Shown piece by piece: positions 9,785 to 18,814 of a stretch of 64,000 nt of DNA. The stretch lies in NCBI GenBank assembly GCA_012516125.1, contig JAAYXB010000075.1:5829-69828 (forward strand), written 5' to 3'. Source of the stretch: Bacillota bacterium (GTDB taxonomy: Bacteria; Bacillota; SHA-98; UBA4971). The notes beneath the pieces were generated by a model that was given only the letters and a program-made list of their open reading frames with translations, had not been told where the DNA came from and made no database searches. A program made the position numbers and the translations under genes. The stretch's first letter is position 1; each line of letters starts with the position of its first letter.

Positions 9785-11534
9785 CGCGGTTGCGCCCCTC
9801 CCTCTTTCCACGGTAACATGCCATGTCCGCAAGGTATATGAGGTCCTTCTGGGTTCTGGCGTCGGTGGGATACGTGGCAACCCCCACCGTGACGGTAACG
9901 CGCCCGCTCGGTATCTGGTCCTCGTTGGGGAACGGGTATGCTTCTATTCTCGCCCTGATCTTCTCGGCCACCTTGAGCGCGTGCGCCTTCTGAGCCTCCA
10001 GGAGTATGACCACGAACTCTTCCCCGCCATACCTTGCCACAATGTCGGTTGACCGAACGGACCTCGTGAGGAGCCGCGCCACAGCTTTCAGCGCGGCGTC
10101 GCCTGCCGGATGCCCCAGCACGTCGTTATACTGCTTGAAATCGTCGATGTCGACCATTAGCAGAGATAGATAGCGTCCGTAGCGCTCGCACCTCGCAAGC
10201 TCCTCGGCAAGCCTCTCCTGGAAGTGCCTGTGGTTGAAAAGCCCCGTCACAGAGTCTGTAATGGCAAGCCTCTCGGCTATCCGGTGCAGACGCGTCACTT
10301 CGGCAAGCTGCCTGTCGAGCCTGGCGTTGACCCGCCTGAGCTCCGCCTCGCTCTTCTCGAGCAACTCGTTCTTCGCCTTAAGCTCGCGGTACAGCCTCGC
10401 GTTCTCTATAGCGATGGCCGCCTGCGTGCCGATGGTGCACACGATCCGCACGTGGTCCTCTTCGAAACGCTGGGTGTAGCTCTGTACCGACATCACTCCG
10501 ATGACCCTGTTCTGCACTGAAAGCGGGACCGCGATCACCGATAGCGGCTTATCTCCCAGCATGATGGCCTCGGTAGGCACGTGCTCCATGTCCCTGGACG
10601 AATCTCTTATGAAGAGGGGCTTCCCGGACTTTATCACCCACTCGGTGAGACCCTTCCCGGTGGGATAGGGCCGTGCGAAACTGGCCACGCGCACGCCATG
10701 GTCCACGACCATCTCGAACCTGATCTCGGAAGCCTGTTCGTCAAAGAGGGCCACGAAGAACGACTCGTTGCCGATGATCGCGGCCACCTGCTCGTACATG
10801 ACCTCGAGTAGCGCCGGAAGGTCGAGCACGGAGGTGGTCGCTACCGCCACTTTGTATATGCTCATCATCTCAGCAGCAAACCGGCGGGCCTCCTCGGTCT
10901 GGCGGCGCAGCTCCTCCTCCAGCTGCCTCCTCTGGGTCATGTCACGCACCACGCCCTGAATCGCCACGGGGGCGCCTTCCTTCCGGATGACGCTCGTGTT
11001 GATCTGGCAGTATACGGACTTGCCACCGCATCCGGCCAGCTCCACGTCGAGCATCTGGCAATCACGGGACATGCTGCTCGGCGAAAGGGCCGCGGCAACC
11101 TCATCGTGGCACGTATCGGCCACCACCTCGAAGATCCTCCGGCCCACAAGCTCGTGAGCTCCGCACCCAAGCATCGCCGCAAGGGGCTCGTTCACATACG
11201 TGATCGTGCCGTCGAGGTCGGCGACGAACATCCCGTCGCTTGCGTTCTCAATGAGCTGCCGGTACTTGGCTTCCGATTCAGAGAGGTCCCTGATGGTGGC
11301 CCTCACCTTCCTGCTGAGGGCCCTATTGGCCGCAACCGTGGCGAGGACGACAAAGAGGAGCGCCCCGAGGATCGTCAGAGCCATGAAGAAAGCCATAGAC
11401 ATCTGCTGCTGACTCGCGAAAAGCGGGCCATCGATAGGCATAGCAAAAGCGCTGCCGAAAACGGAAGCAGCGCAGCCTGCGACCGCCCCCGGGCAGGCGA
11501 ATGGACGCACCCATCCTGTGGCTGACCCCGGCAT
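9771..11534 (-). CDS. Membrane-anchored PAS-GAF-GGDEF diguanylate cyclase (GGEEF active site, RxxD I-site present)
   Basis: TM helix (FFMALTILGALLFVVLATV), PAS (ESEAKYRQLIENASDGMFVADLDGTITYVNEPLAAMLGC), GAF, then GGDEF (RSTDIVARYGGEEFVVILL). The ORF-track start is GTG at 11594; I prefer ATG at 11534 because of the GGGGGAGGTGG RBS. The 3' end overlaps atpC convergently by 14 nt. Confidence 0.8.
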   Translation of the reverse strand: MPGSATGWVRPFACPGAVAGCAASVFGSAFAMPIDGPLFASQQQMSMAFFMALTILGALLFVVLATVAANRALSRKVRATIRDLSESEAKYRQLIENASDGMFVADLDGTITYVNEPLAAMLGCGAHELVGRRIFEVVADTCHDEVAAALSPSSMSRDCQMLDVELAGCGGKSVYCQINTSVIRKEGAPVAIQGVVRDMTQRRQLEEELRRQTEEARRFAAEMMSIYKVAVATTSVLDLPALLEVMYEQVAAIIGNESFFVALFDEQASEIRFEMVVDHGVRVASFARPYPTGKGLTEWVIKSGKPLFIRDSSRDMEHVPTEAIMLGDKPLSVIAVPLSVQNRVIGVMSVQSYTQRFEEDHVRIVCTIGTQAAIAIENARLYRELKAKNELLEKSEAELRRVNARLDRQLAEVTRLHRIAERLAITDSVTGLFNHRHFQERLAEELARCERYGRYLSLLMVDIDDFKQYNDVLGHPAGDAALKAVARLLTRSVRSTDIVARYGGEEFVVILLEAQKAHALKVAEKIRARIEAYPFPNEDQIPSGRVTVTVGVATYPTDARTQKDLIYLADMACYRGKREGRNRVIEA

Positions 11535-11595
11535 CACCGCCACCTCCCCCATGGCCCTCAAGGTCCCAAGACCCTTCCGAAGCCGTGCTACCACC

Positions 11596-12645
11596 CTACT
11601 TCGCGGGCATCTTGCCGGTCTGCCTCAGGTAGTCGAAGAAAGACTCCTGGTCAGCGAACACCTTTGTGCAGTGGAATTTCAGGAACGGGCTCACGCGTTC
11701 CTTGAAGATCGCGTAAACCTCCTTGTTGTTCGTAGAGCCGTAGATGATCTCACAGAGCACCCCTGGGGACGTCTTGTCCGTCGGATAGTACACGACCACC
11801 ATGTCGCTCTGGTCGATCAGCATATAGTCGCGGATGACCGTCTGGTCGGCTATCTCGCCCCTCTCTGACGGCGTGATGGCGAACTCCGGACCTATCTCGG
11901 AAAGATTGTAGCTCTTCGACTCGTCCTTGCCCACGCCATACGAAAGCTCTGTGTCCTCCACAGCAAGCGGGTCGAAGACCTCAAAATGCTCCCTCAGCCT
12001 GTCCCGAAACTCCCTCACTTCCTGCATCTTCACAGCGTCGTTGTGCATTAGAGTTATCGGGAAGCTCAAGTATATCTTGGGAACTTCGGGCCTGAACATC
12101 AGGTTGTAAACGGTGCTCGCAGGCTGACCCACCGCCACAACGTAGTGCGGCTTTCGCTGGTAGGACGCCATCATCTTCGTAACGAAGATCTCCTCGTCCC
12201 GCCAGATGAGGATGTCCTTTAGTGACAGCCGTCCCCTCCACACAGGCGACTCATCCAGCCTTTTCGATACGTTGAGGACGCTGTCGATAATCGTCACGTA
12301 AAGGTCGGGCTTGAGTTCGTTCAGATAATGCACGTCAAACGCGGGCATGAGATAATTCTTCCAGCGGAAGCAGCCGTGCGTGGAAATGATGCAGTTCTCG
12401 ACCTTCTCGGCCTTCTTGAGAATCTCCTCAAATACCGCCGCCCGAAGCGACCTCAGCGTGGACGGAGAGAGATCCAGGATCTTCTCAGGGCTCGTGGGGC
12501 TCTCCAGCTCATCCGCTTTCTTGAACATAAGGTCGCCGACGTTGAAGAGGTGGACCTTCTTGCCAAGGGCCTCCGAAGCGGCAAGCGCCCCCTTGAGGTA
12601 CTCGAGCTTTCCTGAGCCGCTGGTGCCTGTGCATATGACCTTCAC
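11596..12645 (-). CDS. Fusion protein: N-terminal P-loop (Walker-A-like GTSGSGK) domain + C-terminal nucleoside 2-deoxyribosyltransferase/Rcl(DNPH1)/LOG-like domain; function unknown
   Basis: GTG start with GAGGAGGGG RBS. MKVICTGTSGSGK..., DLYVTIID (Walker-B-like). C-terminal DMVVVYYPTDKTSPGVLCEIIYGSTNNKEVYAIF fits the NDT-family core D-x-V-V....(S/T)-G-T-x-x-E-x-G-x-A-x-x-x-x-K-P-V pattern. Local G+C about 50-58% against about 62-68% in neighbours. Confidence 0.55.
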   Translation of the reverse strand: MKVICTGTSGSGKLEYLKGALAASEALGKKVHLFNVGDLMFKKADELESPTSPEKILDLSPSTLRSLRAAVFEEILKKAEKVENCIISTHGCFRWKNYLMPAFDVHYLNELKPDLYVTIIDSVLNVSKRLDESPVWRGRLSLKDILIWRDEEIFVTKMMASYQRKPHYVVAVGQPASTVYNLMFRPEVPKIYLSFPITLMHNDAVKMQEVREFRDRLREHFEVFDPLAVEDTELSYGVGKDESKSYNLSEIGPEFAITPSERGEIADQTVIRDYMLIDQSDMVVVYYPTDKTSPGVLCEIIYGSTNNKEVYAIFKERVSPFLKFHCTKVFADQESFFDYLRQTGKMPAK

Positions 12646-12701
12646 CCAAACCCCTCCTCACAAGAACGTTCGACACCCGTTGGTAGACTCCTCCTCCGCT
12701 C

Positions 12702-14048
12702 CTACCCTGCGAACCGCTCCAGCACCAAAGCCACAAACTTGATGCCTTCCAGGAAATCGGACACATTGACGTTCTCGTCCGGCCCGTGCACGCGCGATTC
12801 TGGGTTACCGATGCCAACGCCCACAGCGGGCGTGCCGAACTGGGCTGCAACCTGGTACATCGGGCCCGTGCCTGCGGAGGTCGGGTACACCGAGGGTTCT
12901 TTCCCAAACAATTCCGAACTTGCCTCCCTGATCACCTTCACTATTCGCGAGTTTGGGTCCGTTCTTGCAGGATGTTCAGCGCCAAGCCACGTCACGCGGA
13001 AGTCGCCGTAACCCTTAGCTCTGAGATAGTCCTCGAACTTCCTCGCTATGTCGTCGGGCCGCTGATCTGGCACCAGGCGCATGTCCAGCTTGGCCATGGC
13101 CTTGCTGGGTAAAACGGTCTTCGAGCCAGGCCCCTCATACCCAGCCGAGATGCCGCACACGTTGCACGTGGGCTCGAAGTAGAGCCGCTTCAGGACGTCC
13201 TTGCCGGCGAGGCCCAGCACGAACCGGTCGATGCCGAATAGCTTCGCCAGGCGCTCGGGGCTTGCGGGAAGCTTCTCGATGAGCTCGACGTCCTCCGGGC
13301 CAGGCTGGCGCACGTCGTCGTAGAACCCCGGGATAAGGATCTCCTCCTTCTCGTTCTTGAGAGAGTTCAGCGCCCAGAGGAGCCTCCACACGGGGCTAGG
13401 CACGACGGCGGCAAGGGAAGAGTGCAGGTCGTAGCTGCCTCCTTCCACCTCTATTTCAGCGTAGCAAAGCCCCTTGCAGCCCAGCGTGATCTCAAGCCTG
13501 CCGTCCTCCTCGCGACCTCCCGTTTCCCATATGCACGCGTCGGCACGGAAGGCCTCCGGGTGCTCCTTCGCGTAACGATCAAGGTTGGGACTGCCGATCT
13601 CCTCCTCGCCTTCGGCGACGAACTTCACCGTCACGGGAAGCCTTCCCCTGACCTTGAGAAGCGCCTCGGCTGCCTTCACACGTGCCATGAGATCCCCCTT
13701 GTTGTCAGCGGCGCCCCGCGCGTACAGCTTCCCACCATCGATCTCAGCGCCAAACGGGTCGTGCCGCCACCTGTCGAGAGGCTCCGGCGGCTGGACGTCG
13801 TAATGGTTGTAGAAGAGGACAGTCTTCTCTTGGTCGCCCGGTATCTCCGCCGTGACAAGGGGCGCGGCCCTCTCTATGCGGAAGACTTGCACCTTCGCCC
13901 CCACGGACGAAAACATTCGCTCGACGATATTGGCGGCATCCTCCACCCCATTGCCCTGGGCGGAGATGCTGGGCTGCCGCAGGAAAGCTTGCAGCTCCTT
14001 GACGAACCTGGACGCGTGCCGATCTACATAATCGAAGACATCTTTCAT
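12702..14048 (-). CDS. M20 family metallopeptidase (dipeptidase/ArgE/DapE-like)
   Basis: Internal ATG (MKDVFDYVDRH...) with AAGGT/AGGGGG upstream. HxD...D...E...H metal-binding pattern (FYNHYDVQP, GAADNKG, EGEEEIGS). Confidence 0.8.
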   Translation of the reverse strand: MKDVFDYVDRHASRFVKELQAFLRQPSISAQGNGVEDAANIVERMFSSVGAKVQVFRIERAAPLVTAEIPGDQEKTVLFYNHYDVQPPEPLDRWRHDPFGAEIDGGKLYARGAADNKGDLMARVKAAEALLKVRGRLPVTVKFVAEGEEEIGSPNLDRYAKEHPEAFRADACIWETGGREEDGRLEITLGCKGLCYAEIEVEGGSYDLHSSLAAVVPSPVWRLLWALNSLKNEKEEILIPGFYDDVRQPGPEDVELIEKLPASPERLAKLFGIDRFVLGLAGKDVLKRLYFEPTCNVCGISAGYEGPGSKTVLPSKAMAKLDMRLVPDQRPDDIARKFEDYLRAKGYGDFRVTWLGAEHPARTDPNSRIVKVIREASSELFGKEPSVYPTSAGTGPMYQVAAQFGTPAVGVGIGNPESRVHGPDENVNVSDFLEGIKFVALVLERFAG

Positions 14049-15922
14049 CCGAACCTTGAACCCCCTGACATCGAGTAATGCCTGCGCCTCCGCGCGCCCC
14101 TCGGGGAAACTTCGGCACGGCGGCGAAGCCACCACGCGCCGATCGAAAGCCCCGTGAGAACCGGCGATGACGCACCGATCACCGTCGTCTGAAGCAAGTC
14201 AACGTAATACTTGAACGCCCTGTGAAAGTCGGGCAGGTGCCGGGTGAACCTTGCGCCGTCGCCTGCCACAAACGTGGCAACCTGGAGGACAAGGGCGAAC
14301 ACGATCAGGTAAACGCAGGTCAAGCCCGTAAGAAGCGCGTCAAGGGGCCGCCTGCGCGTCTCCCACGCGAGCCACCCCGAGACCGCTAAGGCAAGCACCC
14401 CGCACAGGGCCGAGTCCGCCATCCTCCAGGTGAAGAACGGCATGACCTCGCTTTCGCTATTGAACATGCTCATGGAGAACGCGATGCCGCGCACGAGCAT
14501 GAGGCCATAAAACGCGGCAAAGTAGGTGGCCGCTCCGATGACAGGGATTCTCATGTTTCGGGCGCTTCCACCCGCGAGGAGCGCAAGCCCCCACGCAAGC
14601 CCGCCGAGGACGACAACGCTCGCAGGTATGCTCACGAGCCTCCGCGCGCCGACAAACTGCCGGCGCGCGCTGGATACCGCCTTCACCATCCGGCTGTCGA
14701 TCTCCAGGGCAATCTCCGTTGCCTCAGTATACTTGCCGTCGTTGTGAAGGAGGGCAGCGCTGGAGACAGGCTCGACGGTGGGAAGCCGCCTTCCGAGCAC
14801 GCGGAGGTACTCTTGGGCGAAAGCTCTCCTGGCCTCGGCCTGCCTTATCGCTCTCTCGGAAACCACGTGCGCGGCCGCGTCAAGCGCCTCGAAGAGGACG
14901 CTGCCCTGCGAGTGCGTGGGAACAGAGGTCCCGAGGAGCGCCGCACAGGTGGGGGCCACGTCCACATGGTGGGCGGGTATCCACGAAATCTCCGCGCTGG
15001 GATGCTCAGGCGTAACTATCCCCGCCCCGGCCGCCACCAGCGGGACTCGAATGACATCCTCCTCCCAGCCTCCGTGCCCGCCCCGTAGCGTGTGCCCGTG
15101 ATCAGATGTCACGATTATGGTGTCGCTGGTGAGATCAAGGTTAGCCAGGACCCTCCCGATCCTCGCGTCCACCTCGGCCGATGCGGCCCCGTAGGCGGCG
15201 CTCGCGGCGCCCGAGGCGTGGCCGGCAGCGTCCACTGACGAGAAATGCACCACGAGGAACCGGGCGTCGCCCCGCTCGATCTCGCCGAGAGCCGCACGAA
15301 GGACCTCGTCGTCGGCCTTCTTGCTCGCAGCAACCTCTGCCGCTGCAGTCGCATCCACGTATGTCGCCCGCGCGACGGATGCGCCGAAAAGAACCTTCCA
15401 ATCCCCGCTCGCCACGAGGGCGGTCTTTACCCCCGCGCGTCGTGCCGCATCGAAGAGGCTGTCCACGCGGACCGCGCCCCTGTACCCGTTGGTGGTCACC
15501 CCGGAGATCTCCGGAGGCGCGCCGGTGAGGAGCGTGGTCCACCCGGGGTAGGAGAGCGACGGCTGGCTTACCAAAAGCGAAAACGCGGCGCCGCGACTTC
15601 CGATGTCTTTCAGCACGGGCATCTCATCGACTCCAGCGAACCCGAGCCCGTCAACTATTACGAGGACCAGTCTCTGAGTGACTCGTGCCGTGGCGTCGCC
15701 AGGCTCAATCGGGAAAGAATACGGGCTCCGGTACCCCACGACGTCTTTCAATCCCAAGGTGGCAAGGTGCCACGAGATGGCTCCCAGGCTTATCATGACG
15801 GCGAAGGCGAGGACAACCACCGTTTCCCTTCCTCCAAGTCCGCGGCCACGAAGTCGCCTCGCCGTTCTCCTACCCGCACCCGACGTACGATCCCTCATCC
15901 TCGTAAGAGCGCCAGGCCCCAT
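14045..15922 (-). CDS. Membrane-anchored ecto-nucleotide pyrophosphatase/phosphodiesterase-like enzyme (alkaline-phosphatase superfamily, type I phosphodiesterase/NPP family) with a C-terminal polytopic membrane domain
   Basis: N-terminal TM helix, then LVIVDGLG, nucleophile region SQPSLSYPGWTTLLTG, HFSSVDAAGHASG (DxxGH), TIIVTSDHGH, followed by about 6 predicted TM helices. The start could instead be GTG at about 15820, which has a GGAGGAAGG RBS. Confidence 0.65.
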   Translation of the reverse strand: MGPGALTRMRDRTSGAGRRTARRLRGRGLGGRETVVVLAFAVMISLGAISWHLATLGLKDVVGYRSPYSFPIEPGDATARVTQRLVLVIVDGLGFAGVDEMPVLKDIGSRGAAFSLLVSQPSLSYPGWTTLLTGAPPEISGVTTNGYRGAVRVDSLFDAARRAGVKTALVASGDWKVLFGASVARATYVDATAAAEVAASKKADDEVLRAALGEIERGDARFLVVHFSSVDAAGHASGAASAAYGAASAEVDARIGRVLANLDLTSDTIIVTSDHGHTLRGGHGGWEEDVIRVPLVAAGAGIVTPEHPSAEISWIPAHHVDVAPTCAALLGTSVPTHSQGSVLFEALDAAAHVVSERAIRQAEARRAFAQEYLRVLGRRLPTVEPVSSAALLHNDGKYTEATEIALEIDSRMVKAVSSARRQFVGARRLVSIPASVVVLGGLAWGLALLAGGSARNMRIPVIGAATYFAAFYGLMLVRGIAFSMSMFNSESEVMPFFTWRMADSALCGVLALAVSGWLAWETRRRPLDALLTGLTCVYLIVFALVLQVATFVAGDGARFTRHLPDFHRAFKYYVDLLQTTVIGASSPVLTGLSIGAWWLRRRAEVSPRGARRRRHYSMSGGSRFG

Positions 15923-15929
15923 CGTCTCT

Positions 15930-16805
15930 TTACTGGGTTTTCGACACACCTGACCTGTCCCCTCCATCTCCGTCCGCGGCAAGCTCCCGCCGCCTCCTGT
16001 CGAGGTCGTCCACGACGCTATCAGGCACAGACACGCCTCCGAGCACGGCAGGCTCGTCGGGCGCGACGCCGTGGAAGTCGCTTCCACCTGTAACGATGAG
16101 GCCGTGCCGCCTGGCGACCTCGATCCACCGCCTGGTGAGTTCAGAATCATGAGCCGGGTAGTATGCCTCGATCCCCTCAAGCCCCGCCTCGATTAGATCC
16201 TCAAGGAGAGCCTCTCCCGCCGTCCTCCCGGGGTGGGCCAGCACGGGCACACCCCTCGCCGCCAGCACCAGCCGGACAGCTTCTGTCGGGGTCAGTCCGT
16301 AATGCTCCACGTACGCAAGGCCTTCTTTCCCAAGGTATTTCTCGAAGTCGCCGTAACGTCGCTCAGGCCTCGCATACCCCAGGTTCACCATGGCGCGGAA
16401 GACCTGGCTTCTTCCCACGAAACCCTCCTTCCCGAGGCTCAAAACGTAAGGCAGGGAGATCTTGATGCCAAGCTTGCTCAGTTTCTCCAGTATCCTCTCA
16501 GCCCTGGCGATCCGTCCCTGCCGCAACATGTGAAGAGTCCCCAGGAACGTTGCCGAGGATGTGTCGACATGGTAGCCGAGGACATGAACCTCGGCTTCCT
16601 CCACGTCGGTCGATAGCTCAACGCCGGGTATGACGCGCACGCCCAACTCCATCCCAGCGAGCACCGCCTCCTGCACACCGTCAACGGTATCATGATCGGT
16701 GAGCGCGATGGTCTTGACGTTTCTATCGAATGCCAGCCGCACAAGTTCCTTCGGAGAGTAGCGTCCATCCGACGCCGTCGAGTGAACGTGCAGGTCAACC
16801 GCCAC
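15930..16805 (-). CDS. PHP-domain metal-dependent phosphoesterase (TrpH/YciV-like)
   Basis: GTG start with GAGGGGGA RBS; MAVDLHVHSTASDGRYSPKELVRLA...GGSDFHG PHP signature. Confidence 0.8.
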   Translation of the reverse strand: MAVDLHVHSTASDGRYSPKELVRLAFDRNVKTIALTDHDTVDGVQEAVLAGMELGVRVIPGVELSTDVEEAEVHVLGYHVDTSSATFLGTLHMLRQGRIARAERILEKLSKLGIKISLPYVLSLGKEGFVGRSQVFRAMVNLGYARPERRYGDFEKYLGKEGLAYVEHYGLTPTEAVRLVLAARGVPVLAHPGRTAGEALLEDLIEAGLEGIEAYYPAHDSELTRRWIEVARRHGLIVTGGSDFHGVAPDEPAVLGGVSVPDSVVDDLDRRRRELAADGDGGDRSGVSKTQ

Positions 16806-17214
16806 TTGGAAATCCCCCTCGCATCCCCTGCAGGAACACAGGAGCCGCCCTTCTTGCGATCCCGTACATGCAATTATTGCCCGCAGATGTCGGTTTATTT
16901 CTCATGCCTGTGGACATAATAGTGGTGCAAAGGTCCCCGCTGGGCCGAGCTAAGACCGCCGTGCGCCTTCTCCTGGGCGCTGCAGGCCCGGAAAGCCTCA
17001 CGGCGATCGAGCGAAAGGTGGCACCTCGCCTTGCATCTGCAACGCTTGTGCCGCCCGAGCGAAGGTCAGCGTGCGGCCTCCCAAGGATCCGTCCGGGCCG
17101 GAAGGCCTTGCCGGGTTCGAAAGAAGTCGCCCCTGGCCGAGCCAAGACTTGCACTGGTCCGAAGGTAGTCTGTGTACGGTTGAAAGATCGTGTATGGTCT
17201 ACCCAGGATCTCTG

Positions 17215-17345
17215 CTGGTCGGTCAAAGGTTGCCTCCAGTTCTGTAATGTACTGCAGCTAGAGGTTGTCCCGGCCGGAAGGTCGTTGCAGCCTCGTTAGG
17301 GACTGGACGCAGCCGGCGAGAAGGTCCGCGAGGACCTTTGCCTTT
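17215..17345 (+). ncRNA. ffs: Probable small (4.5S-type) signal recognition particle RNA
   Basis: Aligns by eye to E. coli 4.5S RNA: CUGU..., the domain IV core GUCCCGGCCGGAAGGUCGUUGCAGCC (consensus GGUCCGGAAGGAAGCAGCC) and GACGCAGCCGG (GACGCGUGUGCCGG). A terminal helix GGUCAAAGG / CCUUUG(C)C closes the molecule. Ends are approximate. Confidence 0.45.
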
Positions 17346-17400
17346 TGTCCTGTTCCCTGTGACTTTGAGACATGCCGTCCCCAACTCCTGAGAGGAAAAT

Positions 17401-17440
17401 GGGTTGCCGGAAGGCAACCCGTGACTCGTCTTGAAAACCC
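17401..17440 (-). terminator. Intrinsic-terminator-like hairpin downstream of hbs; also sits downstream of the putative ffs on the other strand
   Basis: On the minus strand: GGGUUGCC-UUCC-GGCAACCC followed by AUUUUCCUCUC, 18 nt after the hbs stop. Sequence-related to the hairpin repeat family. Confidence 0.5.
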
Positions 17441-17457
17441 CGATTCTATGATATGGA

Positions 17458-17736
17458 CTATCTCGCGGCAACCTTGTCCTTGAGAGCCTTGCCGGCCTTG
17501 AACACCGGCACCCTGGATGCGGCGATCTTGATGGACGCGCCGGTCCTCGGGTTCCTCCCCGTGCGCGCAGCGCGCTCCCTCACTTCGAAAGTGCCGAATC
17601 CGACAAGCTGCACCTTGTCTCCAGAAGCAAGAGCGCTTTCCACAGCCTCCAGCGTCGCGCCGATGACCTTCTCGACATCTTTGCGCCTGGCGCCTGTCTG
17701 CTCGGCAACTTTCGCCACGAGCTCCGCCTTATTCAA
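17458..17736 (-). CDS. hup: DNA-binding protein HU
   Basis: TTG start after a GGAAGGAGGGA RBS; (M)[85 protein letters not shown]. Confidence 0.9.
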   Translation of the reverse strand: MNKAELVAKVAEQTGARRKDVEKVIGATLEAVESALASGDKVQLVGFGTFEVRERAARTGRNPRTGASIKIAASRVPVFKAGKALKDKVAAR

Positions 17737-17887
17737 CTCCGTCCCTCCTTCCGCCCTGCAAATGCTCAGGTCGTGCGGTTTTGCCTGACCTCTGCCATTT
17801 GCTATTCGATTCGATTCGGCATTCTCCTTCTCACTGTGGCGAAAAATGTTGATATGACGCCATATGCGTCGATGGAAAATCATGCCC

Positions 17888-18757
17888 TCAATTCCCTGGA
17901 AACGATCTTTCGACGACCTGACCCGGCTTGCCCAGCACACCGATGTGGACCCCATTGTAGGTCACATCTATTCCGCTGGCGTTGCCCACCTTGATCCGGA
18001 TGGACTCCCTCGCGCGCCAGGTGGCTTGCTCCCCCGCCAGCATCGAGCGCTCGAAGACCACTTTCCCGTCGGCCACCACCCTCACCCAGCAGCGCTCGGT
18101 TATGGACACAGAGATTTCGTGACCTTCTGCGACCGCGGAACCTTCCTGCGTTGAAGGCTCCGCAGGTGACCGGGATGATGTCGTCGGCGCAGGCTGTGAA
18201 GATGTTTTCCTTGCCGCCTGCAGGCCTCCCTCCGGCGCCACCTCTTCCGGACGCGCATCCGGGAGGGCCTGGTCCTCTGACAAAACCAGAGCATCACCTG
18301 TCGCAACGTCTGTAGCACGTTCATCATGGCGAACGTGCTGCGCACCGGACACCTCAGCCAGCCCTGCAGGCACATGCCCATGGCGCCATACCGTGACGCC
18401 TACGACAACCGCCACCACAGCAACCGTTCCGACGGCGATCAACAAGCGTCGCGGAATTCTGGCTTTTTTCGACACATCTCGCCTTTTGTCGGGAGATGCC
18501 TCCCGGGCCTTCTCCGCCTCGATTCTGGCGCGCTCCGCTTTGTACCGCGCCACGACCTCATCCCCGCGAAGGCCCACCGCCTCTGCGTAGTTGCGAAGGA
18601 ATCCCTTGACGTACACCTCCCCGGGGAGAGCCTCGAAGTCCCCTTGTTCTATCGCCTCCAGGTACCGACTGCGTATCTTCGTTGCCTCCTGCACGTCGGA
18701 AATAGTAAGACCCCTGGCCTCCCGCGCTTTCCTCAGAAGCTCGCCGAGCTCTCGCAC
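17888..18757 (-). CDS. rodZ: RodZ-like cytoskeleton protein (XRE HTH, TM segment, C-terminal DUF4115-like domain)
   Basis: [63 protein letters not shown], then a TM helix and a conserved C-terminal beta domain. Confidence 0.75.
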   Translation of the reverse strand: MRELGELLRKAREARGLTISDVQEATKIRSRYLEAIEQGDFEALPGEVYVKGFLRNYAEAVGLRGDEVVARYKAERARIEAEKAREASPDKRRDVSKKARIPRRLLIAVGTVAVVAVVVGVTVWRHGHVPAGLAEVSGAQHVRHDERATDVATGDALVLSEDQALPDARPEEVAPEGGLQAARKTSSQPAPTTSSRSPAEPSTQEGSAVAEGHEISVSITERCWVRVVADGKVVFERSMLAGEQATWRARESIRIKVGNASGIDVTYNGVHIGVLGKPGQVVERSFPGN

Positions 18758-18814
18758 GACGCATCCCCCCTCCCGGCACGCTCTCGAACTTCTTCAACCT
18801 GCACGGTTCCTGCT

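Noticed and set aside
16860-17200. Considered RNase P RNA, tmRNA or 6S RNA for the structured region next to the putative SRP RNA
   Set aside because: Hallmarks absent on either strand (no GGAAAGUCCGGGCUCC / ACAGAANCCGGCUUA, no tmRNA T-arm GGUUCGAUUCC or tag ORF). Left as an unexplained repetitive region.
17804-17819. (ATTCG)3 tandem pentanucleotide upstream of hbs
   Set aside because: Only three units in a promoter region; too short to call a meaningful repeat, though it may contribute to hbs promoter architecture.
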